A DNA stretch of 64,000 bases from the IMG/VR virus record IMGVR_UViG_3300031857_000091, positions 19,431-83,430 of that record. One strand, given 5' to 3'. A program made the position numbers and the translations under genes. Below, one piece after another: positions 37,381-45,403 of this stretch; the first letter of the stretch is position 1, and each line of letters begins with the position of its first letter. Source of the stretch: a virus. The notes under the pieces were generated by a model. That model did not search any database. It was not told the DNA's origin and saw nothing but the letters and a program-made list of their open reading frames with translations.

Positions 37381-37733
37381 TTATGATATCTGAAGAAATA
37401 TTTTACTGCAACATTCCTGCGGATAAAAATTATCCAGAAATTAAATTAAAATGTTCTGCTTTTCGATGTGATGACCATAGTATGTTTGTCAATGGATACT
37501 ATGAATTTTCCATTGATCAAAAAGAATACGAAACTTATCACGCAATTTGCCGGATAAAAACTAAAGACCAGGAAAATATCTGGGTGGAGAATTTATATTC
37601 TGCTGTTGCAAATGAAATTGAACACCAATATCAGTTGTCTGTTGAGATATTTGATGAACAAGGGTACTGGGATTTTGACTGTTTCCCAAGATTTGTGTTT
37701 AGCTATGTTTATGATGCTTATAATAAAATTTAA
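37377..37733 (+). CDS. Hypothetical protein
   Basis: 118 aa. Confidence 0.55.
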   Translation: MIMISEEIFYCNIPADKNYPEIKLKCSAFRCDDHSMFVNGYYEFSIDQKEYETYHAICRIKTKDQENIWVENLYSAVANEIEHQYQLSVEIFDEQGYWDFDCFPRFVFSYVYDAYNKI

Positions 37734-37784
37734 AAATCTAAAGCACGTTCAACTCTAAAAGATTTTTGTGGAGAAGCTATATTC

Positions 37785-38250
37785 TAAAAAACCCTTACTA
37801 GGAATAATATTGTTGATTATTTAAAAACTTTTAAAACCTCGGTTTTAAAAAACTCTTGCCAGAAATAAAAATCAACAATGTTATTTAAAACTTTTGTTGT
37901 TAATACATAACCTCGATTGCAAACCCTATATTAGGAAAAGACATTACCAAAAATTATAAAAAACTCTGTTAAAAATAAGTTTAGCAGTTTATAATTATAG
38001 TTACCCTGAAAAAATCAAAAAAACTTTTACTAGAAATTAACTAATTATCAAAACCCTTACTAGGAATAAAAAATCAAAAGCTATAACAAAACTCTTATTA
38101 GAAATCAAATAATTATCAAAACCCTTAACAGGAATAAAATTTTATTAAAATAAAAAACTTTCATTAAAATAAAATTTTGTCAACGGGTTAAACAAATCCT
38201 TTTAGGTATAAAATCAAGAACTGCTAAAACAAACTCTTTTTAGACACTGT
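37785..38250 (+). repeat. Array of ~12 degenerate direct repeats AAAACYCTTAYTAGRAATAA upstream of terminase
   Basis: Best copies at about 37788, 37850, 38021, 38051, 38089 and 38119; spacing mostly 30-40 bp. Confidence 0.8.
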
Positions 38251-38276
38251 TAATAAGTTATTATTTTTTATTCATT

Positions 38277-39653
38277 ATGTTAATTCCCTCTATTGAAACT
38301 TTTGTTACCGAACCTTATCTAATAGGTAAAGATATCACCTTTCGCCCGATTCAAAAAGAAATAATATATGACTTCTGGAATAAGCCCTACACAATGGGGG
38401 TATGGTGCTTAGGGAGAAGAAGCGGTAAAACCTTTTGTGCAGCGGCAAGCGCGGTTTATGCCTGTACAGCCTTAGCCCCTATCTTCAAGAAATATATTAG
38501 AGCCAATGAGAGTTATTATGTTTTATTCGTTGCCAATAATGAAGAGCAAGCAAAAATTGCTCTTGACCAAGTAAAAATATTCTTGGAGAATTCCCCTACA
38601 CTGAAGATGCTGATAAAAAGCAATAACGCAACTTCAGTGACATTGAAGAATGGAGCTATTTTTAAAGCCGTCCCAAATACGGCTAAAGGTGTACGTGGTT
38701 ACTCCGTGGCGTTGGCTATCTTTGATGAAGCTGCACACTATAGAACAGGATATGGGGAACAGACTGGGGAACAACTTTATCAAGCGATCGCCCCATCTAT
38801 AGCCCAGTTTGGTGACTATGGTCGGTTATTGATGATTAGTACCCCTTGGACCAAACAAGGGATATTTTATGACAACTACCAAAAAGGTTTATCTGGACAA
38901 TACCCAGAGATTCATGTAGCTAATTACCCAACATGGGAAGTCAACCCCACTATCTCGGAAGCTTTTCTAGCCTCAGCAAAAAAACGAGACCCTATCATGT
39001 ATGAGGTTGAGTATGGAGCTAACTTCTCGGTAGACTTTGCTGCGTTCTTGGATGTAGATAAAATTAGGGAGTCAGTTACTTTATCTGGCACAACACCTCC
39101 TCAAAAAACTTATCGCAACAAGTATTTATTGGCTCTTGACCCTGCCTTATCTGGAGATGCTTTTACTGCGGCGATCGCCCATCAAGAAGGAACTAAGTTA
39201 GTTGTTGACTATCTCCATGAGTTTCTTCCATCATTTCATCAAGGGAGCAAGAAGGTAGTAGACATTAGCAAGGTAGAAGAATGGATTATGGCTCGACACC
39301 AGGATTACGGGTTTAAGAAGATAGTTTTAGACCAATTCCAGAGCGCTTCTACTATTCAGCGACTCAATGCAAAACTAGGCTCTAAAATTGCCGAATTAAC
39401 CTGGACGCATAACAATAAAATCATTGCTTATGGCTATCTAAAGGAATTATTTAACCTCAATCAAATAGCTCTATACCCTCACGACAAAACTATTAGCCAG
39501 TTAACTAACTTGCAGGTTCATTACAATAAGTCGGGTTCTTGGACTGTATCTGGAGGAAGTGGACTGCAAGTAGATGATTATTGTTCGGTATTGGCTGCTC
39601 TAGCTTTCATTTCTAAGGACAGTAAGGATGTGGGGTGGTCAAAATATGCTTAA
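38277..39653 (+). CDS. terL: Terminase large subunit
   Basis: GRRSGKT Walker A, IFDEAAH Walker B, ISTP motif, ALDPA nuclease, VLDQF and VDD motifs. Confidence 0.93.
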   Translation: MLIPSIETFVTEPYLIGKDITFRPIQKEIIYDFWNKPYTMGVWCLGRRSGKTFCAAASAVYACTALAPIFKKYIRANESYYVLFVANNEEQAKIALDQVKIFLENSPTLKMLIKSNNATSVTLKNGAIFKAVPNTAKGVRGYSVALAIFDEAAHYRTGYGEQTGEQLYQAIAPSIAQFGDYGRLLMISTPWTKQGIFYDNYQKGLSGQYPEIHVANYPTWEVNPTISEAFLASAKKRDPIMYEVEYGANFSVDFAAFLDVDKIRESVTLSGTTPPQKTYRNKYLLALDPALSGDAFTAAIAHQEGTKLVVDYLHEFLPSFHQGSKKVVDISKVEEWIMARHQDYGFKKIVLDQFQSASTIQRLNAKLGSKIAELTWTHNNKIIAYGYLKELFNLNQIALYPHDKTISQLTNLQVHYNKSGSWTVSGGSGLQVDDYCSVLAALAFISKDSKDVGWSKYA

Positions 39654-39739
39654 TTGGCTTTAATTGGCTGTTTAATTGGACAAGAAAAAAACCGCTAACC
39701 AAGAGTCAGGTTAGCGGGAAAAAGAAGCTTTAGCCGTAG

Positions 39740-40390
39740 TTAGTTCATGCGGTTAATGCAACGGCGCATAGCTTCATAAGGTTCTAGTCCCATTTCGATA
39801 GCTAATCCGATAGATTCTTGAGTAGTTGTCAGCTTTACTAGCGTCTCATTATCTAAATCATCTCGCGTGCCATCTTCAATTCCTAGCCCGGCTTGCATCT
39901 CATGGATGAATTTACCGTACTGCCAATTTTCTGTGTACCCATAAGCTTTTAGAGAATCAGTCAGATATTTTTTGAATGTTGTCTTTGAGCGATCGCGGTT
40001 GAATATCCATGCTTGACGCTCTTCTGTTTCAAATTTGACATGAAAAGCATCTGAGAATAATTGCTGGAGAGAAAGTCCCATCAAAGTCCTTGAAAGGTCA
40101 ATAGCGATTGGGTTTTGTTTAATAGCTAGCTCAAAAAGTACTAACTCAAAATTAGATAGAAGCAATACGTTAACGGCTTTTGGGTTTAGAGTAGTATTCC
40201 ACTTGTCGAACTGGAAAGATGCGCCCATTATAGATTTAATAGCTCTAGAAGCTTGGTTTTTGTCGAACTGAAAAAGACTACAAATTTGTGGCACTGCAAT
40301 CCCAAAAGTTCCATTTTCAATCATTAAGCCTTCTAGTTTTAAACTGCCAATGCAAACTGTCGCCAATTCAGCGCGTGGATATGATACCAT
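39740..40390 (-). CDS. Phage antirepressor-like DNA-binding protein (paralog of 63734-)
   Basis: MVSYPRAE..LEGLM..GTFGIAVPQ; GAGG RBS before ATG 40390; structured leader upstream. Confidence 0.65.
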   Translation of the reverse strand: MVSYPRAELATVCIGSLKLEGLMIENGTFGIAVPQICSLFQFDKNQASRAIKSIMGASFQFDKWNTTLNPKAVNVLLLSNFELVLFELAIKQNPIAIDLSRTLMGLSLQQLFSDAFHVKFETEERQAWIFNRDRSKTTFKKYLTDSLKAYGYTENWQYGKFIHEMQAGLGIEDGTRDDLDNETLVKLTTTQESIGLAIEMGLEPYEAMRRCINRMN

Positions 40391-40418
40391 TTCAGAATCC
40401 TCAAGTTGTGTTTGGGGT

Positions 40419-40473
40419 CGCCGACGGTAAAACAAAGTTGAAGTGTTTCGAGCATTTCTTCTTTGTGTCGGTG
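40419..40473 (-). ncRNA. Structured 5' leader RNA (divergent type A copy)
   Basis: CACCGAC/GTCGGCG, ACAAAG/CTTTGT and GAAG/CTTC nested stems, followed by ACCCC. Confidence 0.5.
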
Positions 40474-40516
40474 TTACTATTTTGGTTAACGGTTTTTTGG
40501 ATTTACCTTACGTCAT

Positions 40517-41197
40517 CTAACATTCTCCTGATTCCTCTTGCTCTAATGTCTTTTCCAAAACTTCAATAACTTGCATTGCTATCTTCTTCCAATCAAAAAA
40601 GTTTCCCTTCTCTATGTGCAACCGAAATTTATTGATAAAAAATATCTGTACTACACCGTGAATGCTTTTCATCTTGTTAGCTAGTGCAATCATTTTTTCA
40701 TCCTGATAATTTTCATATAAAAGGATGTTTGTGTCAAGAAAAGCACAATCTCTGCCTAAAGAATCGTTTTTGATTATTTCTAATTGAAATTTTTTCCCAG
40801 ACAAAGAGGTGTACTCAAACCTTTCTTCTAAAAGATTCCGAATTTGCTCAGCTATTTCTGACCATTCAAACAAATCCCCTTTTTGTAAATACACTCGGTA
40901 TTTATGAATAAAAGATACAATCGCTATCCCTTTGATATTGTTTATTTTTTCGGATAATTTACCCATCTGTTTGTCTCCGTATTCGACAAATAAAGCTGTT
41001 GTTGTATCAAGATAGGCACAATCTCTGCCTAAAGGATCGTTTTTGACTCTTTGTAGTCTAAATTTTTCCCCAGAAGATGATGTGTAATCGAATATTGTCA
41101 AAAATGTAGTATCAATACTTTGGTTTAGGCTGATTGTATCTTGATGTAAGTTCATTGGTTTTTGAGGTAAATTCATTGCTTCTTGAAGTAAATTCAT
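40517..41197 (-). CDS. Tandem-duplicated Nfu/NifU-N-terminal-like domain protein
   Basis: Two ~90-aa internal repeats (YTS.SG.KF.L..ND.LGRDCA.LDT..I.G....F..K.R....KG..F.W..IA.Q). Confidence 0.5.
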   Translation of the reverse strand: MNLLQEAMNLPQKPMNLHQDTISLNQSIDTTFLTIFDYTSSSGEKFRLQRVKNDPLGRDCAYLDTTTALFVEYGDKQMGKLSEKINNIKGIAIVSFIHKYRVYLQKGDLFEWSEIAEQIRNLLEERFEYTSLSGKKFQLEIIKNDSLGRDCAFLDTNILLYENYQDEKMIALANKMKSIHGVVQIFFINKFRLHIEKGNFFDWKKIAMQVIEVLEKTLEQEESGEC

Positions 41198-41235
41198 TGT
41201 TTTTTATGATGGTATTTGTTAGGATTGAGTACTTA

Positions 41236-41991
41236 CTAGCTTAGCTCAACGCGGTAAGACCGAAATGCTTTTGATACGCAGTAGTCAAGTACCGCACCTT
41301 CAACTTCAGGATTGTTGGCGGGATACATAGTCGCTGGAATCTGCTTCGCTGAAGCATTTGAGTAGCGTTGACCTGTTCCTTCAATAAGATGGGCACAACG
41401 AGATTTAACGTATTTTCCAAGTGTGCACCCAAAATTCCTGGGAACTTGGAATCCTAAGCGGATAGCAACATCCACTGCACCTTCTAATAGCGGTGCAGTA
41501 GTTCCAGGTAACATTTGCTGTTCAGCTAGTAGGGCATTACCTAGTTTATTTTTAAGAAGCTGGGCTAACTGCAAATCTCCACAATCAGTAAAATACTTAA
41601 TAGTGGAAGCTTGTACACGGATATCTTCAGTGGTAACCGTTATTACTGGTTGAGGTTGTGGTTGTGCTGATTGCTCTATCAAATGTTTAATATGCAAATT
41701 GCACCACACATGGAACTCAGGGGATAACCATTGAGCAAAGGCGATCGCTATCAATGGATGTGCCCACGTTCCCTGTTCAAAGTTTCCAGAATTTCCTTTC
41801 AAGCTAACTAATAATTGTGATGCCGGAATTCCGGTTTCACTCGAAACGGCTTCTATATATGCTTTTGAGTTATTTGTGTCTAGCCAATGGTTTACTTTTT
41901 TACTGAAAATCGTAGCCATTTGAGTAAGACAAACAAAATCGTCCTTATCTCGCTACTCAAATGTACTGCCTTTCCAAGTTAATTCAGTCAT
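41236..41991 (-). pseudogene. KilA-N domain protein with in-frame TAG at codon 13
   Basis: AGGAG RBS then MTELTWKGSTFE*RDKDDFVCLTQMA; KilA-N motif QGTWAHPLIAIAFAQWLSPEF. Confidence 0.8.
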
Positions 41992-42077
41992 ATTTTCTCC
42001 TAGATTTTTATTGGAGAACAAGCAAACGCGCCAAAAATTGTTAAAATTTTAAACGTCGGCTAGTCCTTTTAGCTGGC

Positions 42078-42128
42078 TGCGCTGAATGCGATAGGCGGTA
42101 GCGCTAACTACCCCTTGTTCGCGGCGCA
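42078..42128 (-). ncRNA. Structured 5' leader RNA (type A)
   Basis: TGCGC-CGCGAAC..GGTAG-loop-CTACC..TCGCA..GCGCA after TG-n-TAAGAT. Confidence 0.6.
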
Positions 42129-42173
42129 TGAAAGTATCTTAGCAAAGATTTGTAAATAAATAAACTAAATTAG

Positions 42174-42482
42174 TTAATTCGTAATAATCTTTAACCAAGT
42201 TTTCCGTAACTGCTTTGCCCCTGGGGAAAAGTTTTTATCATCTGCCAAAACATACTCCTCAATTAGAAACTTGATTTGTTCTATGGCTTCACGCAATAAC
42301 TTTTCTTTGGTGTGAGCAAAAACCGATAGCTCTAATCTTGGCTGATGAATAATCAACAAGGGGAGTCTTTTTTGATTATTATTTTCAACTTGCAGAAATA
42401 GCTCTAGTTCCGGCTTAAAAACATAAGTTTTGCCTTGTAGCTTGACACGGTCAATAGTAATGCAATCATTCTTGTCTAGCAT
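42174..42482 (-). CDS. Hypothetical protein (HicB-like fold possible)
   Basis: LELSVFAHTKEKLLREAIEQIKFLIEEY. Confidence 0.45.
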   Translation of the reverse strand: MLDKNDCITIDRVKLQGKTYVFKPELELFLQVENNNQKRLPLLIIHQPRLELSVFAHTKEKLLREAIEQIKFLIEEYVLADDKNFSPGAKQLRKTWLKIITN

Positions 42483-43134
42483 TAGGTAACCCTCTTACGA
42501 CATTTGTCATCACCAAGTAATAGTTAGAGTAACTCATGGTAACGATGTTAGAGTCACTCTCTGGAGTAATAACCCGAATAATGTTATCTGGATTATCAAC
42601 AGATTTAAGTAACATAGATGTGTGTTCTTTTCTGTTGACTTCCCAAATAACCAAAAATCCACAAAAAAGTTTATAGCCTATTACCAGAGGGCACAAAACT
42701 AATATATTACAATCAACTCCGACAAACGCCCTGCTTTTGGCTATTCTTCCTTTATCTTTTAGCGCACTTAGTTCCTTGATAGGTAACACCCCAACCGCCC
42801 AATTAGATAACAGCTGATCTTTGACCAAAGAGAAAAAGGTAGTAGCTACATCTGGGCTAATATCTGAGGAGGAATCAGGTTTAAAGTAGAAGAAATCGGA
42901 CGGCGTAACCCCAGAACCCTTCTTCGGGTCTCTGTTGGCATTAACAAAATAGCTGGTGAGTGTTGCCATACCAAGCTCCTGGTAATGCAAGTCTTCCTTG
43001 TAAAATCTGTGTCCATATTCTAGTGCCTGAAAAATAATATTAATAGGTGTGTTGCCAAAGTTTTCATGGTTGAACCTAGAATCGTGAGGAAAGTACTTAT
43101 GTACTCTCCAGAAAATCTCGACCCAATCAATATC
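42466..43134 (-). CDS. Tail assembly chaperone -1 frameshift extension (gpGT-like)
   Basis: The frame is open from the A8 run at 43172-43179 through to 42466. Confidence 0.65.
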   Translation of the reverse strand, partial: DIDWVEIFWRVHKYFPHDSRFNHENFGNTPINIIFQALEYGHRFYKEDLHYQELGMATLTSYFVNANRDPKKGSGVTPSDFFYFKPDSSSDISPDVATTFFSLVKDQLLSNWAVGVLPIKELSALKDKGRIAKSRAFVGVDCNILVLCPLVIGYKLFCGFLVIWEVNRKEHTSMLLKSVDNPDNIIRVITPESDSNIVTMSYSNYYLVMTNVVRGLPNARQE

Positions 43135-43709
43135 TACGCTGCTGCTTCCTCCTCTACTTTCACCCCTTTGATTTTTTTTACTGTCACCGCTTCTTCAATA
43201 TCATCCGTGTCTAACTCTTCTAGAGGGAGTCTTCCTCTATTCATTTCTTTTATGCAGAATATCTCTAAATGTCTCAATAACCGAGTTGGGACTAAGTCAG
43301 GATTTCCTACGTCTTTTATTGTCCATTCTGCACACTCAGGACATCTGAACCTTAACATAACATATGCGTAAATAAGTCGTTTAATCCCTGCGTTTTCTTC
43401 TTGGACTCGGCGTAATCCCATTAGTCCTTCCATATCGCCTTTCATCAGTTTGGAAGCGTCGTTATTGCGAACGGAATCCCAAACCTCTTCTACAGGAGTT
43501 CCCGTCTTTTCCGAAATATTATTTACCAACTTAATGAGCATTTGCTCAGTATCTGGCAATTCTTTTATTTCTTCATCAATCTTCATTTTCTCATTAGGAG
43601 TAAGGTCATCGTAACGAGGTAATGCAATTGTCCCAGACCGTTCATCTCCAATAATCACTAAATCTTGTTTAACAGGCTTAGTGACAAAAGGAAGTGATTT
43701 AACTGTCAT
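43134..43709 (-). CDS. Tail assembly chaperone (gpG-like)
   Basis: 191 aa; slippery GTA AAA AAA near the 3' end. Confidence 0.65.
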   Translation of the reverse strand: MTVKSLPFVTKPVKQDLVIIGDERSGTIALPRYDDLTPNEKMKIDEEIKELPDTEQMLIKLVNNISEKTGTPVEEVWDSVRNNDASKLMKGDMEGLMGLRRVQEENAGIKRLIYAYVMLRFRCPECAEWTIKDVGNPDLVPTRLLRHLEIFCIKEMNRGRLPLEELDTDDIEEAVTVKKIKGVKVEEEAAA

Positions 43710-43785
43710 AAGAAAACATCTCCAATAAGATTAGTTATAATAAAAACAAACTATGTATATATTAATTTAATAAAATAAAAATAAA

Positions 43786-44355
43786 ATGTTATCTAACGAA
43801 GCTTTTGAAGATCTGGTAGAAGGTCTCATCTTTCAACAAAAAACTCGAGAAGAGATTTATAAAAAAACTAAAGCAAGTAAAGAAAAGATTGCTGAGACAA
43901 CTAGGAATCTCCGTGATAGATGGTTAGACGAGTCTAGTCATAATTACAGCCTACAGTCTAATCTTGCTTACACAGAAGCACAGATTAATTATTTAATCAA
44001 AGTAGCTTTTCATTCTTTCTTGCTCAGTCAACGAAGAAAAGTTGTTGTTTATAAGAACGATGTCACCAATCAAAAAGGTCCTACAATAGAAACTCACCGA
44101 ATTGAGCCTACTAATGCTGGCGATGTTTCTTTCTTGAGATTAATTCATGAACTTATTAAGCAAAGAATTACACTTAACAAGTTAGATAAAATTAATTATG
44201 AGGGGAACGATTTAGACCCAGAAACACTCATGGAATTTTTTGAGTGGAAGGCGTTGGCTAGAAAGTCACAAGAGTTGGGAATTAAACAAGATTTAACTCC
44301 TCAGTTGTTAGAAGAATTTTTAACATGGCATCATCAACAACAAAATGCAAAGTAA
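43786..44355 (+). CDS. Possible terminase small subunit / HTH protein
   Basis: N-terminal HTH-like segment; GDVSFLRLIHELIKQRITLNKLD motif. Confidence 0.45.
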   Translation: MLSNEAFEDLVEGLIFQQKTREEIYKKTKASKEKIAETTRNLRDRWLDESSHNYSLQSNLAYTEAQINYLIKVAFHSFLLSQRRKVVVYKNDVTNQKGPTIETHRIEPTNAGDVSFLRLIHELIKQRITLNKLDKINYEGNDLDPETLMEFFEWKALARKSQELGIKQDLTPQLLEEFLTWHHQQQNAK

Positions 44356-44530
44356 TTACGAAATTCAACAAGCAATCAAAAGAATCTTAGACGCAAGAAC
44401 TCCTAAAATACAGCGGTCTTATGATTCTAATTTGGGTAAAAATTTAAAAGTGACAATTAAAAACAAGACAATCAATGTCTCGACGGAGATGAATTCTCTA
44501 AAAATAAATAAACGAGGAAGTTTTAGATAA
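44345..44530 (+). CDS. Hypothetical protein
   Basis: 61 aa; overlaps both neighbours. Confidence 0.5.
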   Translation: MQSNYEIQQAIKRILDARTPKIQRSYDSNLGKNLKVTIKNKTINVSTEMNSLKINKRGSFR

Positions 44531-44949
44531 TGGATGAAATTGAGAAACTAATTGAGGAAGCATTTGGTCAAACAGTTGCTGATTACAATGTTTACGTAGA
44601 TGAAGTGATTGAGTCTACTGAAGAATTTGGAGATATCGGCTTCTCCGGGCAAGACATTGTAGACACAGGGAGATTGCGAGACAGTAAAATTGTAGACGCT
44701 ACATCAAATGAAGTCACTTTAGAATGGTCTCCTAAAGATCCTAAATCTGGGTTTAGTTACGCACCAGCAGTATGGGCTGGGTTTCATCCTTACGGTGGGG
44801 AGAAATTTGTCCCCGGTCGCCATTGGGGAGAAAGAGCCGCTAAAAAATTAAATGGTGTAGGAATCACTAGAGCTTTTGTTACATACCTCCAACAACAAGG
44901 GTTAAACGCACAGATTATAAGTAATGGAGATGAGGAATTAGATGACTAG
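44530..44949 (+). CDS. HK97 gp10-like tail completion protein
   Basis: DIVDTGRLRDS..YA..VPGRHW. Confidence 0.7.
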   Translation: MDEIEKLIEEAFGQTVADYNVYVDEVIESTEEFGDIGFSGQDIVDTGRLRDSKIVDATSNEVTLEWSPKDPKSGFSYAPAVWAGFHPYGGEKFVPGRHWGERAAKKLNGVGITRAFVTYLQQQGLNAQIISNGDEELDD

Positions 44950-45403
44950 CTCTGCTCCATTATTTTTAACTCCTATGTTTTTACGCACGTTAATAGTGAA
45001 TGCTTTGGGGAATAAGATAGGGGTTTATTTTTTACCTAAAGCAACCTCTTCAATTCCGGCGATCGCTGTTATTCCTGATAAAGTTTATGGGGCTAACTAT
45101 CCCCCTCCTGAAACAACTATATCTGGGATTGAGGTGGTTATTCACCGCCCAAGACCAAATGCTACAGCACTACTAAATAATGACAGTATGCGTACTCGTA
45201 AATGGGAAATTTACCTTAATCAATGGGACGGTAATGGAGAATTAAATACATCGGTTGAAGCTTTATTAGATGCTTTTCAAGATAATCAGCTTAAGTATAC
45301 TTCTCCTGTTTTTCCTGAGTACAACCTAGATGCGGGTATTGTCCCTTATTGTCGAATAGCAATTATAGAAAAATTCTTTAGGATTGTGGAGAATAATATA
45401 TGA
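44942..45403 (+). CDS. Putative tail terminator protein
   Basis: Position after the gp10-like gene; 153 aa. Confidence 0.5.
   Translation: MTSSAPLFLTPMFLRTLIVNALGNKIGVYFLPKATSSIPAIAVIPDKVYGANYPPPETTISGIEVVIHRPRPNATALLNNDSMRTRKWEIYLNQWDGNGELNTSVEALLDAFQDNQLKYTSPVFPEYNLDAGIVPYCRIAIIEKFFRIVENNI

Noticed and set aside
37785-38250. AT-rich repeat arrays (also 25110-25412) as CRISPR arrays
   Set aside because: Units are about 19 bp, degenerate and non-palindromic, with short low-complexity spacers of irregular length.
41953-41955. Genome-wide amber recoding
   Set aside because: TAG is a normal stop in many other genes, and only one in-frame case was seen.
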